The translations under genes and the position numbers were made by a program. A stretch of DNA of 64,000 nucleotides, taken from the NCBI GenBank assembly GCA_010909165.1, contig MU008151.1, forward strand, positions 62,001 through 126,000, read 5' to 3'. This document shows positions 10,146 through 21,078 of the stretch, piece by piece (position 1 is the first letter of the stretch; every line of letters starts with the position of its first letter). The DNA is from Anthoceros angustus. Lineage: Eukaryota > Plantae > Anthocerotophyta. The notes under the pieces were generated by a model that saw only the letters and a list, made by a program, of their open reading frames with translations, did no database searches and was not told the DNA's origin.

Positions 10146-12899
10146 CTATGCGATAGCCAGCTTCTCACCGTGCCCGTAAATCTCATCTTCCCTCCCATCA
10201 TCGGACACATCGCTCGGGGACGAGTCCAGTTGTGGCACATACCCTTGTTCCTTAATTTCGGCGATAAGCAGTTTCAGGCTCGCTACAATCTCAGGATGCG
10301 TGTTATCCCCAACCACAAAAGTATGCACCAGTCCATCCAAGTCCGTCCACCAGCTTTTGCCTGGCTCCTTCCATGCCCCACTTCCCATTCTTCTCGACTG
10401 CATATCCTGTGCCTGCTCCCACATCTGGGCACTAGCGTATATGTTTGCCATCAGAATGTATGATGCGGCATCTTTCTTGTCTAGTTTGACTGCTTTCCTG
10501 AAAGCGAAGCGCCCCACCTCCACGTTGCTCCACTTTCGACAACCACCCAGCAGAGTGCGCCAAACAGCAGTATCAGGCGGTACAGGCATTGTCCTTGCCA
10601 GGACTAGTGCCTCATCCAGTAGGCCTGCACGGCCCAGGAGATCCACCATGCATGTGTAGTGCTCCACTGTGGGACGGATGCCATGGTCTCTGCTCATAGC
10701 CTCGAAGTACTCTCTCCCCGTGGCCACAAGACCTGTGTGACTACATGCTGTTAGTACACTCAGGAATGTGACACCGGCTGGCTGTATTCCATCCTCTCTC
10801 ATTCTGTGAAACAAGGCAAAGACCAAGTCAGTGTCTCCTTGACGGGTGTATCCTGCAATCAGAGCATTCCAGGTGACAACGTCTCTTTGGGGCAATGCAT
10901 CAAAAACCTGTTGTGCATCAACCATGCTACCACCCTTTCCATACATGTTTATCAGACTGCCGGCTACAAGCAAATCAGTTTGAAGCCCTTGTTCTTTAAT
11001 CTGTGCATGAAGCTGCACTCCCAAATGCAGAGCTGCCACATTTGCACATGCCTGTAGAAGACACAGAAAGGTCAACGAATCAGGTGCAGCTATGCCTTCT
11101 TCTTGCATAGCCCTATAAAGACCAAGGGCCTCCAGCTCCATGCCCATCTGAGAATATGCTGCTATCATGGCGTTCCATGTCACCACGTCTTTCCGAGAAA
11201 GTCTATCAAACACACTCTGAGCATCCTCTAGGCTGCCACACTTTGCATACATGTTTACCAAACTGTTGGCTATGAATACATCTGCCTGAAATCCTCGTTC
11301 TCTGATTTGCGCATGTATCTGCTTTCCCTTCTCCAAAGCTGGGGTGCCCACACTTGCGCATGCCTGAAGGAGGCATACATATGTCACGGAATTAGGGGCC
11401 ACAATGCCTTCTTCCTGCATACCCCTATAAAGATGAAGGGCTTCCTGTCCCATGCCTTGCTGGGAATACCCCGCTATCATGGCACTCCACGTCACCACAT
11501 TCTTTTCACCAAGTCCATTGAACACGCCCCGAGCATCTTCTATGCTGCCACACTTTGCATACATGTTGACCAAGCTGCTTGCTACAAATACATCAGCTTG
11601 AAGGCCTCGTTCTCTGACTTCTGAATGAAGCTGCCTCCCCTCCTCCAAAGCCGGTGCACCCAAACTTGCACATGCCTGGAGGACGCACACAAATGTCACC
11701 GAATCGAGTCCAACGATTCCTTCACACTGCATAGCCCTGTAAAGATGAAGAGCTTCCTGCCCCATGCCCTGCTGAGAATACCCTGCTATCATGGCACTCC
11801 ATGTTACCACATCTTTTTGACCGAGTCCATCAAACACCCTTTGGGCTTCTTCCAAGCTGCCACACTTCGCATACATGTCAACCAAACAGTTCCCAACATA
11901 CAAATCACGCTCTGCACCACTTGCCAACAAATCAGCATGCACCTGCTGCCCAGCTTTCAAGTCTGCTCCCCTCGCACAGGCCTGAAGAGCTGCTACATAC
12001 ACATGCCCATCTGGATTCACGCTTGACGTGCGCATCCGATGATAAAGTTCTATGGCCTGCTTGTCTTGTCCGTGATTGACGTGCGCAGAGATTATGGCAG
12101 ACCATGTGAAGGCATCCGGCTTGGCAACCTTAGTGAACACATCCTTAGCTTCTTGCAACCTGGAATGAGAAGCGTACATTCGCAGGATGTGGTTGCACAG
12201 GAACGTGTCCGACTCATACCCCTTCTTTACACTCAGGGCATGAACACGACGACCCAAAGTCAGATCCTTCTTAGCCATACATTCTTTCAGGACCGTGTAG
12301 AAGATAGAAAAGAGAGACTTGGAAACATAACTCTCCGTATCCACCAGAACTCCCAGAGCCTCAACGGCCTCAGTGACCTGCCCCTGCTTACACAGTCTGC
12401 TAACAGTTTCAGCCGTCACCCCCCTTTCATATCCTGAAGGCCTGCCAGGGTCACGATCATCCCGCACGCTGCACTTGGGTGTAGGAGCATCACTAGGCCT
12501 CCCCATATCCACAGCAGCCAGCTGCACATCCACCAAAGCTGGTTTGCAAAAGTGGCTCAACCAGAGGACCTCCTGGGACTCCCGATGGCGGAAGTCAGGC
12601 AAGTGGGAGCTCTTCTTCTTACGTTGCAAGCCATCCCACCCAAGTGTGGACTCCAGAAAAAATTGGGTCCTCCAGCGAGAGTCTCCACTGCCAGCCAGAC
12701 CTCCTCTACGACGGGCTGGCTTTGATGCTAATGTGCTGCACCGCGCGGCTTCGTTGTTTGCCAACAGTTGGCTACATGAGGTCAGCTGAGGGGGAGCTCG
12801 TCCAAGTAACCCATCACTTTGTTCAGTCCACCAAGAATGCACACACAACGGTTCCTGGTGCCCCTTGCATGACTCAACTGCCACGCTCCAGACAGCCAT
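10146..12899 (-). CDS. PLS-class PPR RNA-editing-factor-like protein with E1/E2 and truncated WW-type DYW domain
   Basis: Repeated P-L-S triplets; P2-L2-S2 (HYTCMVDLLGRAG); E1/E2; PGKSWWTD; GYVP...HGEKLAIA then TAG. Confidence 0.93.
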   Translation of the reverse strand: MAVWSVAVESCKGHQEPLCVHSWWTEQSDGLLGRAPPQLTSCSQLLANNEAARCSTLASKPARRRGGLAGSGDSRWRTQFFLESTLGWDGLQRKKKSSHLPDFRHRESQEVLWLSHFCKPALVDVQLAAVDMGRPSDAPTPKCSVRDDRDPGRPSGYERGVTAETVSRLCKQGQVTEAVEALGVLVDTESYVSKSLFSIFYTVLKECMAKKDLTLGRRVHALSVKKGYESDTFLCNHILRMYASHSRLQEAKDVFTKVAKPDAFTWSAIISAHVNHGQDKQAIELYHRMRTSSVNPDGHVYVAALQACARGADLKAGQQVHADLLASGAERDLYVGNCLVDMYAKCGSLEEAQRVFDGLGQKDVVTWSAMIAGYSQQGMGQEALHLYRAMQCEGIVGLDSVTFVCVLQACASLGAPALEEGRQLHSEVRERGLQADVFVASSLVNMYAKCGSIEDARGVFNGLGEKNVVTWSAMIAGYSQQGMGQEALHLYRGMQEEGIVAPNSVTYVCLLQACASVGTPALEKGKQIHAQIRERGFQADVFIANSLVNMYAKCGSLEDAQSVFDRLSRKDVVTWNAMIAAYSQMGMELEALGLYRAMQEEGIAAPDSLTFLCLLQACANVAALHLGVQLHAQIKEQGLQTDLLVAGSLINMYGKGGSMVDAQQVFDALPQRDVVTWNALIAGYTRQGDTDLVFALFHRMREDGIQPAGVTFLSVLTACSHTGLVATGREYFEAMSRDHGIRPTVEHYTCMVDLLGRAGLLDEALVLARTMPVPPDTAVWRTLLGGCRKWSNVEVGRFAFRKAVKLDKKDAASYILMANIYASAQMWEQAQDMQSRRMGSGAWKEPGKSWWTDLDGLVHTFVVGDNTHPEIVASLKLLIAEIKEQGYVPQLDSSPSDVSDDGREDEIYGHGEKLAIA

Positions 12900-13427
12900 G
12901 GCTCGCAGGAGCAGGCACTGTGAAAGTTATCCAACTTTTCATAAATCCCAGGCTAGGAGACAGTGCCATGAACACGTGCCGTGACCCGGACCCATTCCTT
13001 TGCGGACGGTAGAGGGTCCCAAATTCTCTTCGGCATCCACATACTGGTGCATATGCAGATTCACACAGCAATTCAATCACGTGCAACATGGAATTCACAC
13101 ATGGAAGAGATTGGGGAAGATACATTCACAGATGAATGGATGTGCTGCCGGCAATCCATGTCCCCTATCCGATTTCGAGTGAAGCCCGATATACACTACC
13201 AAGATCCACGTGCCCGTGTCCGGGATGGCCTGCAGTCATTGTCCTCTTTTTTCATCATCCATATATCTCGATTCTCTTCTCGGCAGTCCCTCGGACAGGC
13301 ATTGCCAGGCTTGTACTGTTTTATGCTGATCGATCTCGCGCGGCAAACCTCACTCGCTTTACCCCCTGTTTTTCTTTTTCTTTTTTTCTTAGGGGTCAAA
13401 ACGTGAATCGAAGCGATCTTGTTCGTA

Positions 13428-13510
13428 CGTGGTCGACAAGATTCGAACCTGCGAACACATGCAATTGGTCATGATCGCGGGCACGGGAACGGGACCACTC
13501 GCCTAACCAA
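13428..13510 (-). ncRNA. tRNA-like Pol III element (A-box and B-box); pseudo-tRNA or SINE head
   Basis: Minus strand TTGGTTAGGCGAGTGG...CGCAGGTTCGAATCTTGTCGACCACG, 83 nt, with a TTTT run ~25 nt downstream. No clean anticodon arm. Confidence 0.35.
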
Positions 13511-14500
13511 GAGTGTAAAGGAGTTCAATTTTCCGGTGGGATTCTGCCAATGGAGGAATGGACGGTAGCCATGGGTGAATTGGAACTCCTTGGTTCTGTG
13601 ACCGAGGGTGTTCCGATAATGTTTCACACATCCCCAATCACTCTAATTCACCCTTAATGCGTGCCTGCTGTGAAGCGCTTCGGCCCCTCTTGTAAGGTCT
13701 TCCATACATACCCAATAACTTATCTTTCTAATCTTGTCCATGGAAAGGGCCATTGTTGTAAGGGCTACTCACAATGGACCCTTGTTAATTGTAAAACTCT
13801 GAAGTACTCCTGATATATAATGGTTGTCTGGAATGGACTCGCAAGGGACCAATGGTTGTCTGCAATGGACTCGCGATGGGCTAGTGTTGTGCAACCTTGA
13901 GGGGTTGCCTTGTTTATGCCGGAACCTCCACGGGTTGCCTAGTTTATGACGGTTATCCATTATGGACTCATAATGGGCCTTTGTTGTAAAGCAGAGCCGC
14001 TGCCTCATATTTTATGGTTGCCCTCAATGGACCCTTGCAGTAGGCTATAGTGGTGAGACTCTCTTGAACCTCTTACCCAGTTTTATTTGTTATTGTAAGG
14101 TTCTTCAAGTCATCTATATTAAGTGAAATATAAATACCAAAAAAAATATTTTTTTACTTGGTTATCATACGATGTCGAATCTTTGCAAGAAAAGCTGGCT
14201 ATGACCTGCTTTCTATGTATACCAGAAATAATTTAGTAAACATTCTTTGTGGCACTTTCCATGTACCAAAATAAATATACATGTGGCTTAAATCTACTAG
14301 ATTTGTATAGCCATAAGTGATGGGCACAGTTGAGTACTGCTACCTATGCACTTGAAGTTTCACCTTCTTAGTTGACAATCCTTCTTCAATACGTAGATGA
14401 GAATTCGTCTCAATATTAAGCTTTTCATAGTAGTGGACTTGAAAGTTTTGTTTGGTATTGAGGAGAGTCACTTCTGATTTTTCGAGCTTTCCTTGGGCAA

Positions 14501-15847
14501 ATGCTTCCACTAAGCTATCCGAATGGCCGATCACCGCAACTTCCAACTTCATTGCGATATCGATTGCAGCAACGGAGGAGACAGCTGTTTTATTGTTGCA
14601 ATTTAGTCTACAAGTTTATATGCTCTAATGTAGTACATGTTATCTGCATCTTTCTCTTTATGTCTTTGGCTATTTTCGCTTTTAACTTGTCAAGTCAAGA
14701 CGTCGCTCAGAGTGATGCCTTGAAAGATCCTCTTCAACGGGTCTTTCCTGACAAGAATTCAAGTCTTCCAAACTCACGTAGATTAGCTTCGCTTTTGGTG
14801 TTCCCCCGCGTACCTCTTCAACCGAAGATTTCAATTGTGACAACTACTGCAACAAGTTTAGAATTATTGCTCCCTTGGGTGTATTATCACAAAGTTATCG
14901 GGATCAACAATTTCTACTTGTTTGTGGAGGGGGACGTAGCATCCCGCAATAGTACCACAGTGTTGCGGAACATTCCTGGCGTTAAGGTGATAATCCAAAA
15001 CAAGAAGTTGGAGAGGAAGCAGAATCAAAGCCGAATCTGGCAAGAGAATTGGTTATCTCCTTTCTTTAACAAGCCTTGCAGCTACGAGGTATTTGTGAAA
15101 CAGAGCTTAAATATGGAGATTGGAATCGAGCTGGCTAGAAAGGCCGGTATGGAGTGGATCATGCACCTAGATAGCGATGAGTTAATACATCCTGCAGGCT
15201 CACCCGATTACAGTATTGCGAGTATATTGGCCCAAGTTTCTCAAGATGTGGATCAAGTTATTTGGCATAATGATGAAGCCATTGTCGAGAGAGACAATGT
15301 TGTTGACCCCTTCACTGAGATTACATTGTTCAAGAAGAATTTGCCCTCAATGTCATCTGAGGTGCAACGCAGGTTTTATCCTGTGATGTCTCATAACAAC
15401 AAGCACTTCTTCCTTTCGTACTCAAACGGCAAAGCTGCGGTGCGAATTCAACATGATATTCGTCCTAATGGACCTCACAGGTGGTCTAGTTATTCCAAAA
15501 GGCTCCGAGAGCAGCAATTAGAGGAGTCAATTATTTTGCATTATTCCTACACTATGTTATCAGATTTGAGTTCGAGGAAAAATCAGTGCGAGTGCATTCT
15601 CAACCCCGAGAATTTAAAGCAATGTTTTATACTTCAATTTGATCGTGATGTTTTTGAGATGGCCTCAACAACAACGGAAGAGGAATTGCGAATGTGGTTT
15701 CAAGCCCATGTAGTATGGACCGAGAGAGAAGACATTCTCAATTTATTGAGGTACGGAGTAATGCATCGGATTACGGACCCCAAAATGATTATTCAAAGTT
15801 TGAGGCAATCTGGGGTATTAAAAAATGCAATGAGTAAGATTTCTTAA
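14501..15847 (+). CDS. KOB1: KOBITO1/ELD1/ABI8-like glycosyltransferase-like protein, intronless, 448 aa
   Basis: N-terminal TM segment; LPWVYYHKVIG..FYLFVEG; SRIW.E.WL..FF.KPC.YE.FVKQSLNME; WIMHLDSDELIHPAG; RPNGPHRW; CF.LQFDR. Confidence 0.88.
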   Translation: MLPLSYPNGRSPQLPTSLRYRLQQRRRQLFYCCNLVYKFICSNVVHVICIFLFMSLAIFAFNLSSQDVAQSDALKDPLQRVFPDKNSSLPNSRRLASLLVFPRVPLQPKISIVTTTATSLELLLPWVYYHKVIGINNFYLFVEGDVASRNSTTVLRNIPGVKVIIQNKKLERKQNQSRIWQENWLSPFFNKPCSYEVFVKQSLNMEIGIELARKAGMEWIMHLDSDELIHPAGSPDYSIASILAQVSQDVDQVIWHNDEAIVERDNVVDPFTEITLFKKNLPSMSSEVQRRFYPVMSHNNKHFFLSYSNGKAAVRIQHDIRPNGPHRWSSYSKRLREQQLEESIILHYSYTMLSDLSSRKNQCECILNPENLKQCFILQFDRDVFEMASTTTEEELRMWFQAHVVWTEREDILNLLRYGVMHRITDPKMIIQSLRQSGVLKNAMSKIS

Positions 15848-17269
15848 TATCGAGGCCAAGTTTGAGTTTCCAATTTAAAAGAATTTGTTGTAAAATTTTA
15901 AAAGAATGAAAAGGATATACAACAAGCTCCCTGTCTGCAAACAAATGTCATACATAACGGAACTCCAAGGAATGGGCAATGATTGTAGCCAAGGGCTGGA
16001 ATCTTACTCTGTTTACTTTGGAATGGGATCTAAGCAAGTGCTTGCTTTTCTCAAAGGACGAGCATCTACGGTAGGAGGCTAGCCATGAACTTAATCTGCC
16101 ACACTTCTAGGGGAGTGGCAAGGGCTATTGAATTTTGTTTGGACAAATAAGAACAGAGTTTCCACTATCGGAGGAGCATCTATGGCAGTTGTTCACGTAC
16201 GACCTAGAACTGGCACAAGTGCCGTGGGAGGCTTGACCATGTGGAATATTGTGGGGAGGACTCCTTCTGGAGCACCTACATCGATGCTTGCAGCTCCCTC
16301 CTGGAAGTCCGTGGAGACTAGAGCATCGGAGTGCGTGGTTGGGGATGCTAGCAAAGGTGGAGTGTTGATTAGGGCTATTCGAGAAAACCCCTCGTGTACG
16401 CCGAGATGAAACCCTCCCAAATATAGGAATCCTTTGATTAGCAAGCGAGAGACCAAGGCAACGGGAGAGAGAGTCCATCTCGCAAGAAAGGTCGCCATTG
16501 AAAAAGGTTGCGTGGCCAAAAGACCTGAGCCCCCAAATGCTATAGGTAGGGAGATTTGCCACTGCGCTGATCCTTGTTGCCGCCCACAATATTTAATTCT
16601 ACGTTTTTTTGTTAAGGGTGGTCAAAAGCTAGAACTTCATTTTTATCTTCATTTATCTTCTTTTAAATATAAATCTTTTCCCAACACTTAAAGATGAAAA
16701 GAGAGTTTAGAATCAAAAGAAAAAAATTGTCGTATGAAAATTTTCCTTTATATTGATAATTCTTTCTTTTTTACCCCTATGGGTAACTCTACATAAAAGT
16801 CTGTCCCTACAAAAGAGTATTTGTCCCTATGATGATGTAAAAATCCCCCTATGATACCTCCCAATGCCCCGCCACGATGTGATTGTGTAAAAATCCCTGA
16901 GGCTATAGAAAAGCCAGAGAGAGGGAACCACAATTCGAGTGCACATGCAGAAGCTGGATAAATTGCACTGTCCTTTACAGACTGGGTGTGAATATATTTG
17001 ATCTTCAGTTTTCTTTCCAGTCACCGTCTGTCGTCGCAGTTCCCGGTTCCCAAATGTACAAAGCAATGGCGAAATGTGAGCGGGGAATGCGCACTCTCTG
17101 CTGAGAGGCCTCACATTGCCACTTGATTTTCAAGGTTAGGCCCCTCCGTCCTTGGATAGTTCCTCTACGATGCGCGAATGTTGCGCACAAACTTAATCAC
17201 ACCCTGCGTCTCCTCCGTGTTATAGGCAACCACATCACCTGCCGAGACTAGCAGTGGCAGATAGCGCAA

Positions 17270-17500
17270 TCAGGCCACCCCAGACAGCGAAGCATCCCGC
17301 CTGCTCACAATGGCCGGGCTGGAGGAGCGCTCGCTTCCGCGTAAGCACGGCGCTGCTCCAATCCCGGAACCTGTCCTTTTCAGAGTACCACCGCTGGCGG
17401 ACGCGAACAAGACCGGCGCTCGGACTGGCCCCGTACTCAGAGCCTGCAGAGAGAACTGCTGATGCAGCGAGAGCGCTGACATGCCCAATACCGACGCCAT
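17270..17500 (-). other. short ORF resembling a plastid transit peptide plus twin-arginine signal (possible pseudogene)
   Basis: MASVLGMSALSLHQQFSLQ...SSSPAIVSRRDASLSGVA*. It is S/A-rich with no acidic residues early; the frame continues hydrophobic (LRYLPLLVSAGDVVA) after the TGA. Confidence 0.25.
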
Positions 17501-17852
17501 GGCTCTCTCCTCCACACGGTCCATGGATAAGAAGCCAGAAAGAAAAGAGAGCCGCCTTATCCAAGCCATGTAGCGCAAGAATTCCCCTTATCCGAGGGAC
17601 GGCCTGGTGCTGGGTCCGTCATAATCCTTCTCACACACCCGGTGACCTGATAAGGGCATCAATTTCCACAGGGACGGAGCCAGGCTCCGCATGCATCGTA
17701 GCATCGTGCATAGGGAGGGAGATGTCTTTACCTTCAGCTTTACTTAGCCCTGCAAGCTCCAGCCTTCTGCCCATACTTCAACATGAAAATGCAAGAACAG
17801 GTTATCGGGTGCAGAATGTCTCCTCGTTGAATTTTCGACACCAAAGCTCCCG

Positions 17853-20363
17853 TTAAGTCAAAATGCCTTCCGCTTTTTCAATGTTTCTCCACTTATCCTT
17901 GAGATCAACCTGCATGGAATTTAGCCGTCTTTAGATGCATACCGTAAAAGTGAACGACTTCGGATGGAGACACCTTCTTGTCTATTCTGCTTCCGACTCT
18001 ACAGGCTGACATATAGCTAACCTCTGTGCGAGTTGTGAAGACATCCATATTGTTCTTCAGAATGAACTTCCACCTGCCTTTGCCATACCTGAGAGGTAGA
18101 CAAGTTCCTTGTGAGTACGTCAGAAATGAATATGACAGCAAGAGTTAAGAACCAGAAGCGGATGAGAAATAAAGGCTCAATATTAGACCCTACTTTTCTA
18201 CGTTAATTTTCAACGTTGTTTCTTCGACTTCTGTCCACTTCTTGCGCATTCTTCTTCTAACTTGCACCTTAGGAGGTGAATCAAAAGGGCTTGTCACCAA
18301 AGGAGTAAACTCATTGGAGGCTGGTCTTTGCAGCACAACGCGTGGTGGGATACTCCGCCCTGGACTCTCGGATATATCCTCCTCAATCGACTGAAATATC
18401 AAGGCAAACAGAAGTTAGCATAAGAAAGGTCGCCGTGTGGCTGTAAAATTCAAATAACAACACAGATGCCATCCTGCACCTCCACAGAAGGCTGCAAGTT
18501 CAGGAGACCCTTATTAAAGCTTATTTCCCCATCGGTAGCTTCAGGCTGTGCTCGATTCTGACAAGCTTCAACGTGGCCTCCAACCTGGTTAGCCAACAGC
18601 AAAGCTTGTGGAAGAGGATCCTTCACCATTCTGTACAGTTGAATCTCACTTTCACGCAAGTTTTGGATGGCCCGATGTGCCTCTAAACAGCCAGTTTCCA
18701 CGCGATTCTCAGGATTGTGCATCTGCACATGGGGGTGCCCTTGCCCATCATATGCTTGTCGTCTTTGATCCTCTCCCATACCCTGCACAACTTGCACACC
18801 TCCAGCTTCGTCCTCGCCGCTCCTTGTAGCAACTTCTGGACCTCCTCTTCCTCCGTTCTTCATGTTCTCTATTGGAACGCCCTGCCTGGAAAGTTCTTCT
18901 TCTGCTCCTTCGTTGCGTCCAAGAAAGGTGGGCCCAACACGATTCTCAGGATTCTGCATCTGCACATGGGAGTGCCCTTGCCCATCATTTGCTTGTCGTC
19001 GTTGATCCTCCCCCATACCCTGCACAACTTGCACACCTCCAGCTTCATCCTCGCCGCTCCTTGTAGCAACTTCTGGGCCTACTCTTCCTCCATTCTGCAT
19101 GTTCTCTATTGGAACGCCCTGCCTGGAAAGTTCTTCTTCTCCTCCTACAATGCGTCCAAGAAAGGTGGGCCCAATTTTCGACCAAGCTTGATGCAAGAAG
19201 GCCGTCAGAATCTTCTCCATAGCCTCCCGCTTATGCTCCTTCACTATATTGTTCCGAAGATCGGGCACCTCCAAAGCTGCCCAAAGTGCTGCCTTGACCA
19301 CCTGAAAGACACCATTATCAGCTTGGTCTTGGTCCTCCGTGTCTTCCACAGAGGCTCCCCAGTGCTTCTGCATAGCTTCACGGTATCGTTGCAGGTCCAT
19401 GGGCTCGTCTCTGAGGTGTTGCACTGACAACTCTGTCATAACTGCAAGCAAAAGCTCCCTGTCTGGAGGTTGGTAAGTCTGCACGTAACATAACGTGCAG
19501 TCCTCAACACTGCTTGCAATACCCAGATCGTCAGATGAACCAACGGCTTGTGCCCCCACGTCTACGCCCCTCTCCTTCTCTCCGTTCTCTGGATCCATGC
19601 CAAGGGTCTTAGGAAACATTCTCAAGAACTTCTCCTTCCCCTTTCTGCAAGTCTCCTCGTTCAGAAACGAACTTCTGGTCGCATCCCTGAATTTACGAAA
19701 ACCCTTCGACAAGCTGTTCGGCAAGACCCTCTTCTTCTGCGCATCTTCAGCCGGACCCCATCGTGAGTTCAGCGGACCGGCATCAGCTGTCTCCCTACCT
19801 GAAACCTGTTCATCCAGTGCCGCACCACCAGCACCTGCCTGAATATCCGGCCCCTTGCTTCTCCCTCCAACCCCTCCCTCTTCTTCACGCGCTGCAGTTG
19901 CACCAGGGACTCCTAGTTGCTGATGAATGCCAGCTACAACATTTCTTTCCCTTCTCGCAACGCCTCCTCCATCATCCGACTCCAATTCCCGCCTTCTTTT
20001 TTCTCTAACCGGAGAGTTCCTGGCCAGCGCCACCAACCCGGCAGTGGAAAGGCTTCCGGGTTTCTCCAATTCTATCAACCCGCGAAGCACGTCCACTGCT
20101 GCATCCGGCAGCAGGGGCTCCGTGAGCTGGTAAGACAGCGTCTTGAGAAGCAACATCCGCTTCAACACAAGGTTGTCATCCGGAATCTGGTACACCTTCA
20201 TCAGCTCCTCGATAATCCTCTGGTCAGTACAGTGCTTCAACACATACTCCCAGATCCATTCCCTCTGCTTCTTCTCCATCTCTACTTTTGATCTGCATGA
20301 TTCTCCTTCCAGCAAGCTCCGGCAGGCCGCTGAAACTGCTTTCGTCCCCTCCCTTCGATCCAT
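17853..20363 (-). CDS. TRF-like (telomere repeat-binding factor-like) protein with C-terminal Myb/telobox domain, 4 exons
   Basis: Spliced C-terminus RRRMRKKWTEVEETTLKINVEK|YGKGRWKFILKNNMDVFTTRTE|VDLKDKWRN; N-terminal REWIWEY...LKRMLLLKTL typical of TRFL; VKDPL motif. ATG at 20363, TAA at 17853-17855. Confidence 0.85.
18697..19175. repeat. in-frame 237-bp (79-aa) tandem duplication inside TRFL exon 1
   Basis: gattctcagg starts at 18704 and 18941; the peptide GPTFLGR...QMxNPENRV occurs twice. Confidence 0.95.
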
Positions 20364-20561
20364 AACAGCACCTTCTGCAGCTACCAATCCTCACCACCTT
20401 GCTGTCAAATCCCGTGGATGCAACATCATAACTCTGCAAAACAGGAAATTCGATTCTCTGCGTCTCTGACAGCATCGATTCTACCGTCAGCCATCAAAAT
20501 ACCGGACCCGTCCTGCATCCGATTTTCCCTCGCCACAACGGACTGACGAACCGGAATTTGG

Positions 20562-20570
20562 AAACCCTAA
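20562..20570 (+). promoter_or_regulatory. telo-box upstream of TRFL, also kept at 47268-47276 in the duplicate
   Basis: AAACCCTAA ~200 bp upstream of the TRFL ATG and at the homologous position of copy 2. Confidence 0.5.
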
Positions 20571-20920
20571 CGAAATATGTACCCGGTAAACTTCCTCTCC
20601 TGGGACTGGGAGGGGGGCTCACTTTCATCTCATCAGTATCGTCTTTCACGATCATGCCCGTGTGTGAGTTGACACGCTTCATATTCGTGAATCGTGAAGA
20701 TGGGGTTGGTAGAAAGGCACCATCTCCAGCAACTCACCAATCACACGACTATTTCCGGCACAAACTCAGCATGTATCGTCGGCTGCGTGTTATCAGTCAG
20801 CTTAGCACATATGTAACTTGCTCGAATTGTCTTTGTTGCGTGGAGATGAGTCGGTGGTGTGTGATGGTAGTCCACGCAATTTGTTGGACACAGTTCATGA
20901 ATTCTCTTGTCATTCCATTC

Positions 20921-21078
20921 CCTTTTGCAGTGTAAAGACTCCCTCAAGGATTCTACATATTGAAGACTCCCTCAAGGATTCTACATATTGTGCCTTTTGC
21001 AGTGTGAAGGCTCCCTCAAGGATTCTACACATTGTGCCTTTTGCAGTGTAAAGACTCCCTCAAGGATTCTACATATTG
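20921..21078. repeat. ~44-bp minisatellite (3 full units + 1 partial)
   Basis: ccttttgcagtgt(a/g)aag(a/g)ctccctcaaggattctaca(t/c)attgtg repeated head-to-tail. Confidence 0.95.

Noticed and set aside
10143-10148. Programmed stop-codon readthrough restoring the DYW domain
   Set aside because: The context TAG GCT CTG is not the known leaky UAG-CAR-YYA, and the downstream CxxC is lost anyway.
13520-14100. Loose caatgga(c)-containing repeats as a defined element
   Set aside because: Too degenerate to define a unit, termini or family by eye.
20921-21078. Regular 44-bp repeats as a CRISPR array
   Set aside because: Units are head-to-tail with no unique spacers, there are no cas genes, and the context is eukaryotic.
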